Assembly: GCA_977017645.1 (NCBI GenBank)
Contig: OZ360227.1
Location: 131,316,001-131,380,000, forward strand
Length of the DNA stretch: 64,000 nucleotides
Source: Torpedo marmorata
Taxonomy: Eukaryota
Direction of reading: 5' to 3'
How positions within the stretch are numbered: position 1 is the first letter of the stretch; the number at the start of each line of letters is the position of its first letter. Positions 27,264-38,703 of this stretch are shown piece by piece. The translations under genes were made by a program, and so were the position numbers. Under the pieces are notes generated by a model. The model saw only the letters and a program-made list of their open reading frames with translations, did no database searches and was not told the DNA's origin.

Positions 27264-28693
27264 CTGTGAAAGAGAATAATATTAAAGTTAAAATGGAACT
27301 ATCAGATGCAGAATTTTGCATGTCGTTCAGATTGCAACAAAGGCATGTCATTCTCACATAATGGGGCTGTTTTGGTTATTTGTCTCAGATCTTCAAAACC
27401 CAACTTAGAGAAAGGTTGTTATCGACTGCAATTGACGGTGAGAGGCAGAACATTGTATTTCAATCACGAGTGATTGAAACTTCATGTCAGCAAACATTCT
27501 TGTGAAGCAGGTGAACACATTATTCACCATACAGCACAATCAATGCTGTGAAGAGTATGTTTTCAGGTCATGATACCTGCATTGAAAATCAACTGATGGA
27601 AGTTTTAGAATTGCTGCTCACTGTGGCAATGGATTAGAAAACTGATAGAACATATTCAATCATCTTTCACAGGATCCATTTGCATCTCACTGCAGCTCCG
27701 TTAAGAACCTGTCTGTAACTGTACAGATCCGTTCATTGCTCTTACATTTCCATCTGGCAGGATAGATGTGCTGAGTTTAACCTTGGCTGCCGTAAATCAG
27801 TTTTACAAGATAAACATTGTCGAGGTGCTTACTTAAAAATTGACATTTAGGTACAAAGATTACCCAATAGAGATCTCATTTCCTTCAAATATGTGACCAT
27901 TTAAGAGCATTTTACGTTCATATCTTTCTGCTCTTCAATGGATTTGCCTGTGTGAGTGCATCTATATTGCTTCATAACATGGATAATCGCTGCTGAAACA
28001 ACAGGCAACAAATGGATACCAACAAACATATGTTCATCAAACACAACTGAAAGGGGAATAATTATTAAATAATTCATTCCTATTGGTTGCGATATTGCTT
28101 CTTAACAGTAGAAATTACATTTCCCAGGGAAGTGCTGAAGAGACAGACAGTTTTGACCCTTGGGATATCATGAGCGTCACTTTGAGAAAATATGCACCAA
28201 TGAAATTGAAAGTGAAATCTGGCATGTTCCCTCTTGTTTCCTCTCCATTTCAATTGATGGATAATGTGTGATGGCAATTCCGACTACTTGCTGTACTTGA
28301 ACATTGATGAACGGTGATTACTATCACTAATTTGCATCGAAATATTGAACTTAATCATGTTAGTTAGTGCTTTGAGATTACAGCACAATGTAGACTCATG
28401 TGGTTTTCAGCAAAAGAATATTCCCCATCTCTAGTAAAGTCAAAGCATTGAATATGATTGCAAAGATCATTTTCCTGTGTGCATGGAACATTACAGATAA
28501 AATTCACCATTTGTAGTTTGAGGAATCCTAAGCAGGCAACTAAATTTCTTGTAATCTCAGTGCCTGTCTTGTAATTGTGAAATTACCAGAGAGGAATTTT
28601 TTTAAATACAAAGTTCAAGAAATACTTTTCTAATAGCAAAAGGCCTTATCATTGCATAATGGAACAATCACTGTGAAAATATACTGCTCTTAC

Positions 28694-28717
28694 CTGTTGG
28701 GCCTCCTGTAACTGCAC
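28694..28717 (-). CDS. Microexon A, unit 11 (GAVTGGPT)
   Basis: Consensus exon A, splice sites intact. Confidence 0.65.
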
Positions 28718-29735
28718 CTGTAAAAGAGATTATTGTACAATTTAGCTCAAACATCAAATGTTCAACATAATCTAAATATGCAGATTGTATCTGATTATGG
28801 GCCACTTGTAATGCACTTCATTCTCATTAAAGTATTGGCTAAAAAATTCCTTTATATTTAGTTAATAGCACGCAGTGCCTGGGCTTTATCTCAATGACCA
28901 TGCTGGTTATTTAAGTTTACTCTCCATCATCTTGCCGGCCATTCTCATACTCAAGTAAATAATTATTCCCCATGTGGCACAATCAGTGGGTTGAACAGTT
29001 GATAATCAGCTCTTTTATTCTGACATAAAAGCCAAATTATGTGAATGTAAGTTTCCAAGATACTGAAATTAAGGCTCTACAAGTGATTAACTCTCCATTG
29101 TGCCTAAAGAAGCTCATCACTGCTGTTGGAAAGATGTTCTGATTCATGGTGAGGATGTCAAAAATCTCTGTCACTCAGATATCACTGTAACATTCCTTCT
29201 TTAGAATATGTATCCAAGTTCAAGCAAGTAGCTATCAAGTTCACCTATCCCTTCATACATTCTAGAATTGGGTGATGTTCCTCAACAAGGTTTTTTGCAT
29301 TTTGCCTGCCACATGTCTACTTCATACAACAGTTATACGTTCCCAAGCCCTCCTTAACTGTTGTGGACAAGTAGTTGGTGAGAGCATAAGGACAGTTTTA
29401 CTATTTAACGGCAACAGAAAAGTAAATGCAATTTTGGACAGTTTTGTTCATTTTCCTAAACGTTTAAAGATTTGTCAAGTTTGTTTTCGTAGCGTGACCC
29501 TGAAATTGAAAGAAGATTAGTATTGATATTTCAACTGGAAATTAAGAGTATTCAATTTACTGCCCATTATTAACTGGAACAAGAACTTAAATTCAAGAAT
29601 GAGCGCAAACAATCTTTATGTGTGTGAATTGAGCAATATGAACAAATTTCCACACTTTTTGTCCAAAGAATTCATTTAAGTAAGTTCCGTCTATTCCCTC
29701 CAGAGCAATCAGAACAGTCATATATGTCGTCATAC

Positions 29736-29759
29736 CTGTTGTGGATGGTGATGCAGTTT
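29736..29759 (-). CDS. Microexon B, unit 12 (ETASPSTT)
   Basis: Consensus exon B, splice sites intact. Confidence 0.65.
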
Positions 29760-31189
29760 CTGTGAAAGAGAATAATATTAAAGTTAAAATGGAACTATCA
29801 GATGCAGAATTTTGCATGTCGTTCAGATTGCAACAAAGGCATGTCATTCTCAGATAGTGGGGCTGTTTTTGTTATGTGTCTCAGATCTTCAAAACCCAAC
29901 TTAGAGAAAGGTTGTTATCGACTGCAATTGACGGTGAGAGGCAGAACATTGCATTTCAATCACGAGTGATTGAAACTTCATGTCAGCAAACATTCTTGTG
30001 AAGCAGGTGAACACATTATTCACCATACAGCACAATCAATGCTGTGAAGAGTATGTTTTCAGGTCATGATACCTGCATTGAAAATCAACTGATGGAAGTT
30101 TTAGAATTGCTGCTCACTGTGGCAATGGATTAGAAAACTGGTAGAACATATTCAATCATCTTTCACAGGATCCATTTGCATCTCACTGCAGCTCCGTTAA
30201 GAACCTGTCTGTAACCGTACAGATCCGTTCATTGCTCTTACATTTCCATCTGGCAGGATAGATGTACTGAGTTTAAGCTTGGCTGCCGTAAATCAGTTTT
30301 ACAAGATAAACATTGTCGAGTTGCTTACTTAAAAATTGACATTTAGGTACAAAGATTACCCAATAGAGATCTCAATTCCTTTAAAAATGTGACTATTTAA
30401 GAGCATTTTATGTTCATATCTTTCTGCTCTTCAATGGATTTGCCTGTGCGAGTGCCTCTATATTGCTTCATAACATGGATAATCGCTGCTGAAACAACAG
30501 GCAACAAATGGATACCAACAAACATATGTTCATCATAAACAACTGAAAGGGGAATAATTATTAAATAATTCATTCCTATTGGTTGCGATATTGCTTCTTA
30601 ACTGTAGAAATTACATTTCCCAGGGAAGTGCTGAAGAGACAGACAGTTTTGACCCTTGGGATATCATGAGCGTCACTTTGAGAAAATATGCACCAATGAA
30701 ATTGAAAGTGAAATCTGGCATGTTCCCTCTTGTTTCCTCTCCATTTCAATTGATGGATAATGTGTCATGGCAATTCCGACTACTTGCTGTACTTGAACAT
30801 TGATGAACGGTGATTACTATCACTAATTTGCATCGAAATATTGAACTTAATCATGTTAGTTAGTGCTTTGAGATTACAGCACAATGTAGACTCATGTGGT
30901 TTTCAGCAAAAGAATATTCCCCATCTCTAGTAAAGTCAAAGCATTGAATATGATTGCAAAGATCATTTTCCTGTGTGCATGGAACATTACAGATAAAATT
31001 CACCATTTGTAGTTTGAGGAATCCTCAGCAGGCAACTAAATTTCTTGTAATCTCAGTGCCTGTCTTGTAATTGTGAAATTACCAGAGAGGAATTTTTTAA
31101 AATACAAAGTTCAAGAAATACTTTTCTAATACCAAAAGGCCTTATCATTGCATAATGGAACAATCACTGTGAAAATATACTGCTCTTAC

Positions 31190-31213
31190 CTGTTGGGCCT
31201 CCTGTAACTGCAC
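31190..31213 (-). CDS. Microexon A, unit 12 (GAVTGGPT)
   Basis: Consensus exon A, splice sites intact. Confidence 0.65.
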
Positions 31214-32230
31214 CTGTAAAAGAGATTATTGTACAATTTAGCTCAAACATCAAATGTTCAACATAATCTAAATATGCAGATTGTATCTGATTATGGGCCA
31301 CTTGTAATGCACTTCATTCTCATTAAGGTATTGGCTAAAAAATTCCTTTATATTTAGTTAATAGCACACAGTGCCTGGGCTTTATCCCAATGACCATGCT
31401 GGTTATTTAAGTTTACTCTCCATCATCCTGCCGGCCCTTCTCATACCCAAGTAAATAATTATTCCCCATGTGGCACAATCAGTGGGTTGAACAGTTGATA
31501 ATCTGCTCATTTATTCTGACATAAAAGACAAATTATGTGAATGTAAGTTTCCAAGATACTGAAATTAAGGCTCTACAAGTGATTAACTCTCCATTGTGCC
31601 TAAAGAAGCTCATCACTGCTGTTGGAAAGATGTTCTGATTCATGGTGAGGATGTCAAAAATCTCTGTCACTCAGTATCACTGTAACATTCCTTCTTTAGA
31701 ATATGTATCCAAGTTCAAGCAAGTAGCTATCAAGTTCACCTATCCCTTCATACATTCTAGAATTGGGTGATGTTCCTCAACAAGGTTTTTTGCATTTTGC
31801 CTGCCACATGTCCACTTCATACAACAGTTATACGTTCCCAGGCCCTCCTTAACTGTTGTGGACAAGTAGTTGGTGAGAGCATAAGGACAGTTTTACTATT
31901 TAACGGCAACAGAAAAGTAAATGCAATTTTGGACAGTTTTGTTCATTTTCCTAAACGTTTAAAGATTTGTCAAGTTTGTTTTCGTAGCGTGACCCTGAAA
32001 TTGAAAGAAGATTAGTATTGATATTTCAACTGGAAATTAAGAGTATTCAATTTACTGCCCATTATTAACTGGAACAAGAACTTAAATTCAAGAATGAGCG
32101 CAAACAATCTTTATGTGTGTGAATTGAGCAATATGAACAAATTTCCACACTTTTTGTCCAAAGAATTCATTTAAGTAAGTTCCGTCTATTCCCTCCAGAG
32201 CAATCAGAACAGTCATATATGTCGTCATAC

Positions 32231-32254
32231 CTGTTGTGGATGGTGATGCAGTTT
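32231..32254 (-). CDS. Microexon B, unit 13 (ETASPSTT)
   Basis: Consensus exon B, splice sites intact. Confidence 0.65.
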
Positions 32255-33684
32255 CTGTGAAAGAGAATAATATTAAAGTTAAAATGGAACTATCAGATGC
32301 AGAATTTTGCATGTCGTTCAGATTGCAACAAAGGCATGTCATTCTCACATAATGGGGCTGTTTTGGTTATTTGTCTCAGATCTTCAAAACCCAACTTAGA
32401 GAAAGGTTGTTATCGACTGCAATTGACGGTGAGAGGCAGAAGATTGTATTTCAATCACGAGTGATTGAAACTTCATGTCAGCAAACATTCTTGTGAAGCA
32501 GGTGAACACATTATTCACCATACAGCACAATCAATGCTGTGAAGAGTATGTTTTCAGGTCATGATACCTGCATTGAAAATCAACTGATGGAAGTTTTAGA
32601 ATTGCTGCTCACTGTGGCAATGGATTAGAAAACTGATAGAACATATTCAATCATCTTTCACAGGATCCATTTGCATCTCACTGCAGCTCCGTTAAGAACC
32701 TGTCTGTAACTGTACAGATCCGTTCATTGCTCTTACATTTCCATCTGGCAGGATAGATGTGCTGAGTTTAACCTTGGCTGCCGTAAATCAGTTTTACAAG
32801 ATAAACATTGTCGAGGTGCTTACTTAAAAATTGACATTTAGGTACAAAGATTACCCAATAGAGATCTCATTTCCTTCAAATATGTGACCATTTAAGAGCA
32901 TTTTACGTTCATATCTTTCTGCTCTTCAATGGATTTGCCTGTGTGAGTGCATCTATATTGCTTCATAACATGGATAATCGCTGCTGAAACAACAGGCAAC
33001 AAATGGATACCAACAAACATATGTTCATCAAACACAACTGAAAGGGGAATAATTATTAAATAATTCATTCCTATTGGTTGCGATATTGCTTCTTAACTGT
33101 AGAAATTACATTTCCCAGGGAAGTGCTGAAGAGACAGACAGTTTTGACCCTTGGGATATCATGAGCGTCACTTTGAGAAAATATGCACCAATGAAATTGA
33201 AAGTGAAATCTGGCATGTTCCCTCTTGTTTCCTCTCCATTTCAATTGATGGATAATGTGTGATGGCAATTCCGACTACTTGCTGTACTTGAACATTGATG
33301 AACGGTGATTACTATCACTAATTTGCATCGAAATATTGAACTTAATCATGTTAGTTAGTGCTTTGAGATTACAGCACAATGTAGACTCATGTGGTTTTCA
33401 GCAAAAGAATATTCCCCATCTCTAGTAAAGTCAAAGCATTGAATATGATTGCAAAGATCATTTTCCTGTGTGCATGGAACATTACAGATAAAATTCACCA
33501 TTTGTAGTTTGAGGAATCCTAAGCAGGCAACTAAATTTCTTGTAATCTCAGTGCCTGTCTTGTAATTGTGAAATTACCAGAGAGGAATTTTTTAAAATAC
33601 AAAGTTCAAGAAATACTTTTCTAATACCAAAAGGCCTTATCATTGCATAATGGAACAATCACTGTGAAAATATACTGCTCTTAC

Positions 33685-33708
33685 CTGTTGGGCCTCCTGT
33701 AACTGCAC
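33685..33708 (-). CDS. Microexon A, unit 13 (GAVTGGPT)
   Basis: Consensus exon A, splice sites intact. Confidence 0.65.
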
Positions 33709-34602
33709 CTGTAAAAGAGATTATTGTACAATTTAGCTCAAACATCAAATGTTCAACATAATCTAAATATGCAGATTGTATCTGATTATGGGCCACTTGT
33801 AATGCACTTCATTCTCATTAAGGTATTGGCTAAAAAATTCCTTTATATTTAGTTAATAGCACGCAGTGCCTGGGCTTAATCCCAATGACCATGCTGGTTA
33901 TTTAAGTTTACTCTCCATCATTCTGCCGGCCCTTCTCATACCCAAGTAAATAATTATTCCCCATGTGGTACAATCAGTGGGTTGAACAGTTGATAATCAG
34001 CTCTTTTATTCTGTCATAAAAGCCAAATTATGTGAATGTAAGTTTCCAAGATACTGAAATTAAGGCTCTACAAGTGATTAACTCTCCATTGCGCCTAAAG
34101 AAGCGAATCACTGCTGTTGGAAAGATGTTCTGATTCATGTTGAGGATGTCAAAAATCTCTGTCACTCAGTATCACTGTAACATTCCTTCTTTGGAATATG
34201 TATCCAAGTTCAAGCAAGTAGCTATCAAGTTCACCTATCCCTTCATACATTCTAGAATTGGGTGATGTTCTTCAACAAGGTTTTTTGCATTTTGCCTGCC
34301 ACATGTCAACTTCATACAACAGTTATACGTTCCCAAGCCCTCCTTAACTGTTGTGGACAAGTAGTTGGTGAGAGAATAAGGTCAGTTTTACTATTTAACG
34401 GCAACAGAAAAGTAAATGCAATTTTGGACAGTTTTGTTCATTTTCCTAAACGTTTTAAAGATTTGTCAAGTGTGTTTTCGCAGAGTGACCCTGAAATTGA
34501 AAGAAGATTAGTATTGATATTTCAACTGAAAATTAAGAGTATTCAATTTACTGCCCATTATTAACTGGAACAAGAAATTAAATTCAAGAATGAGCGCAAA
34601 CA

Positions 34603-36171
34603 TTTCATTGTTAAATGTAGATTATAAAATAATGGCAAAAATTTTAGCAAATAGATTAGCTAAATATTTACCAAATCTAATACATTCAGATCAAGCTGGA
34701 TTTATTAAGAATAGATATTCGAAAGATAATATAGCTAGATTGATAAGTTTGATTAATGTATATAAGAAGAAACAAGATTTACCATTGGTGGTAACATTGG
34801 ATGCAGAGAAGGCTTTTGATAGAGTAGCGTGGAATTTTTTATTTAAAGTTTTGGAAAAATTTGGATTTGGAGATAATTTTATAAATTGGATTAAAACTAT
34901 ATATAAAGAACCTATGGCCAAAGTAGTTACAAATTGACAAGTATCACAAAAATTTTTGTTATCAAGATCAACAAGACAGGGATGTCCTCTGTCACCTGCT
35001 TTGTTTGTTTTGGTAATAGAACCTTTAGCTGAAATGATTAGAGAAGTTATAAATATAATGGGAATAAAAGTTGGTAGGGAAGAACATAAGATTAGCTTAT
35101 TTGCAGATGATGTATTAATATATATGACGAAATCTGTTGCATCACTTCAACGATTGGCTATAATATTGACAGAATATGGTGAGATATCTGATATAAAATT
35201 AATTCAGATAAAAGTGAGATTTTGGCTTTATCTCAAGGGGATTATACTAGATGTAAAGAAGTTACAGACTTTAAATGGACTAAAGAAAGTATTAAATATT
35301 TGGGAGTTAAAGTGGATACAAAATTGGAAAATCTGTATAAATTAAATTATATACCTTTATTCATGAAAATAAAAAAAGATTTAGAACTTTGGAAAGACTT
35401 ACCTATAACTTTGATGGGAAGAGTAAATTGTATCAAAATGATTGTTTTTCCAAGAATTCAATATCTTTTTCAATAGATTCCTTATGGTATTCCAAATAAA
35501 TTTTTTAAGGATTTAAAATTTGTTGTTAGGAAATTTTTATGGAAAGGAATGTTGGCAAGAGTAAGTATAGATAAATTAACATGGAACAATGAGATGGGAG
35601 GGTTACAACTTCCCAATTTTCAGTATTATTATAAAGTAGCTCAATTAAAGTTTATTAATGAATTTTTTGATTCGACTAAATCGTCTGCTTGGATTAATAT
35701 AGAATTGAATAATATAGGAGAAATACATAAAGAAGAGATTATTTATAAATGGAATTCTAAATTGTTGTCAGTTAAAAAGAAAAACACACCAATTATTAAA
35801 CATTTGTTGGAAATTTGGTCACAGGTAGATAAAGAAATAGGTCGAAAAGGATCAATTTCTTTAAATACATCAATATACCAAAATCCGCTTATACCATTTT
35901 CTATGGATAATCAGTTACTCAAGTTATGGTTTCAAAAGGGAATTAAGACTTTAAAAGATTGTTTTGAAGCTGGTAGATTTATTACTTTTCAAAGGTTAAA
36001 AGAAAAATTTAATATATTAGATAATACAATGTTAGTTTATTTTCAAGTTAAAGCTTTTTTGACTGAGAAATTAGGGAATGAATTAGTAGCACCAAGACAA
36101 AATGAATTGGAATTGTTAATTACTAAAGTTAATATTAATAAGTTTATATCACAAATGTATAAACTGTTTCA
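34603..36171 (+). mobile_element. Second copy of the 1.57-kb L1 ORF2 fragment (duplicated together with its host unit)
   Basis: Same junctions, same TSD (34586-34602 and 36172-36188) and same stops and frameshift as 15545-17113; offset 19058 bp. Confidence 0.96.
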
Positions 36172-36316
36172 AAGAATGAGCGCAAACAATCTTTATGTGT
36201 GTGAATTGAGCAATATGAACAAAGTTCCACACTTTTTGTCCAAAGAATTCATGATATTAAATAAGTTCCGTCTATTCCCTCCAGAGCAATCAGAACAGTC
36301 ATATATGTCGTCATAC

Positions 36317-36340
36317 CTGTTGTGGATGGTGATGCAGTTT
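36317..36340 (-). CDS. Microexon B, unit 14 (ETASPSTT)
   Basis: Consensus exon B, splice sites intact. Confidence 0.65.
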
Positions 36341-37769
36341 CTGTGAAAGAGAATAATATTAAAGTTAAAATGGAACTATCAGATGCAGAATTTTGCATGT
36401 CGTTCAATTGCAACAAAGGCATGTCATTCTCACATAGTGGGGCTGTTTTGGTTATATGTCTCAGATCTTCAAAACCCAACTTAGAGAGAGGATGTTATCG
36501 ACTGCAATTGACGGTGAGAGGCAGAACATTGTATTTCAATCACGAGTGATTGAAACTTCATGTCAGCAAACATTCTTGTGAAGCAGGTGAACACATTATT
36601 CACCATACAGCACAATCAATGCTGTGAAGAGTATGTTTTCAGGTCATGATACCTGCATTGAAAATCAACTGATGGAAGTTTTAGAATTGCTGCTCACTGT
36701 GGCAATGGATTAGAAAACTGGTAGAACATATTCAATCATCTTTCACAGGATCCATTTGCATCTCACTGCAGCTCCGTTAAGAACCTGTCTGTAACCGTAC
36801 AGATCCGTTCATTGCTCTTACATTTCCATCTGGCAGGATAGATGTGCTGAGTTTAAGCTTGGCTGCCGTAAATCAGTTTTACAAGATAAACATTGTCGAG
36901 TTGGTTACTTAAAAATTGACATTTAGGTCCAAAGATTACCCAATAGAGATCTCATTTCCTTCAAAAATGTTACCATTTAAGAGCATTTTACGTTCATATC
37001 TTTCTGCTCTTCAATGGATTTGCCTGTGCGAGTGCCTCTATATTGCTTCATAACATGGATAATCGCTGTTCAAACACCTGGCAACAAATGGATACCAACA
37101 AACATATGTTCATCAAACACAACTGAAAGGGGAATAATTATTAAATAATTCATTCCTATTGGTTGCGATATTGCTTCTTAACTGTAGAAATTACATTTCC
37201 CAGGGAAGTGCTGAAGAGACAGACAGTGTTGACCCTCGGGATATCATGAGCGTCACTTTGAGAAAATATGCACCAATGAAATTGAAAGTGAAATCTGGCA
37301 TGTTCCCTCTTGTTTCCTCTCCTTTACAAATGATGGATAATGTGTGATGGCAATTCCGACTACTTGCTGTACTTGAACATTGATGAACGTTGATTACTAT
37401 CACTAATTTGCATCGAAATATTGAACTTATTCATGTTGGTTAGTGCTTTGAGATTACAGCACAATGTAGACTCATGTGGTTTTCAGCAAAAGAATATTCC
37501 CCATCTCTTGTAAAGTCAAAGCATTGAATATGATGGCAAAGATCATTTTCCTGTGTGCATGGAACATAACAGACAAAATTCACCGTTTGTTGTTTGAGGA
37601 ATCCTAAGCAGGCAACTAAATTTCTTGTAATCTCAGTGCCTGTCTTGTAATGGTGAGATTTCCAGAGAGGAATTTTTTTAAATACGAAGTTCAAGAAATA
37701 GTTTTCTAATACCAAAAGGCCTTATCATTGCATCATGGAACAATCACTGTGAAAATATACTGCTCTTAC

Positions 37770-37793
37770 CTGTTGGGCCTCCTGTAACTGCAC
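37770..37793 (-). CDS. Microexon A, unit 14 (GAVTGGPT)
   Basis: Consensus exon A, splice sites intact. Confidence 0.65.
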
Positions 37794-38326
37794 CTGTAAA
37801 AGAGATTATTGTACAATTTAGCTCAAACGTCAAATGTTCAACATAATCTAAATATGCAGATTGTTTCTGATTATGGGCCACTTGTAATGCACTTCATTCT
37901 CATTAAAGTATTGGCTAAAAAATTCCTTTATATTTAGTTAATAGCACACAGTGCCTGGGCTTTATCTCAATGACCATGCTGGTTATTTAAGTTTACTCTC
38001 CATCATCCTGCCGGCCCTTCTCATACCCAAGTAAATAATTATTCCCCATGTGGCACAATCAGTGGGTTGAACAGTTGATAATCAGCTCTTTTATTCTGAC
38101 ATAAAAGCCAAATTATGTGAATGTAAATTTCCAAGATACTGAAATTAAGGCTCTACAAGTGATTAACTCTCCATTGCGCCTAAAGAAGCGAATCACTGCT
38201 GTTGGAAAGATGTTCTGATTCATGTTGAGGATGTCAAAAATCTCTGTCACTCAGTATCACTGTAACATTCCTTCTTTGAAATATGTATCCAAGTTCAAGC
38301 AAGTAGCTATCAAGTTCACCTATCCC

Positions 38327-38458
38327 GGGGGGGTGTCACGTGATGACGTGAGGTGGAGATGGGTTATTACACCTCTCCCAACGGATTTAATTAAAAATAG
38401 ACAAAAAGAAAGTTAGTGTTATTAAGATAAAGTTAAAGTGTGGAGGAAAGGTTCAGGG
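38327..38458 (+). promoter_or_regulatory. L1 5'UTR / putative internal promoter with E-box and CRE-like motifs
   Basis: gggggggtgTCACGTGA TGACGTgagg at the extreme 5' end, 132 nt before the ORF1 ATG. L1s are known to use internal promoters; the motif function is inferred. Confidence 0.4.
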
Positions 38459-38703
38459 ATGTCCAGTAAAAGAATGAAGGAAGGGAAATTAAAGAAAACA
38501 GTGTTAAGGGAAAGTTTAGGTCAGGAGAAAAATCGGCCTACCTTGGTGTTGGAGCCTCGGGAACAAGCTCCTCTCCCCCCGCGGAAGACACAGAAGAAGA
38601 TGGCGAAGGTACCTGGAGCACCAACGCCGCCCTCCCGGGGAACTGGGGAAAATGGCGCTGGGGCCCGGAGTTGTAAAGAACTACAACTTCCGGTCGGGCA
38701 ACT

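Noticed and set aside
1-38326. CRISPR-like, rDNA, 5S, histone or tRNA tandem array
   Set aside because: No short repeat-spacer structure and no recognisable rRNA, histone, snRNA or tRNA sequence in the unit.
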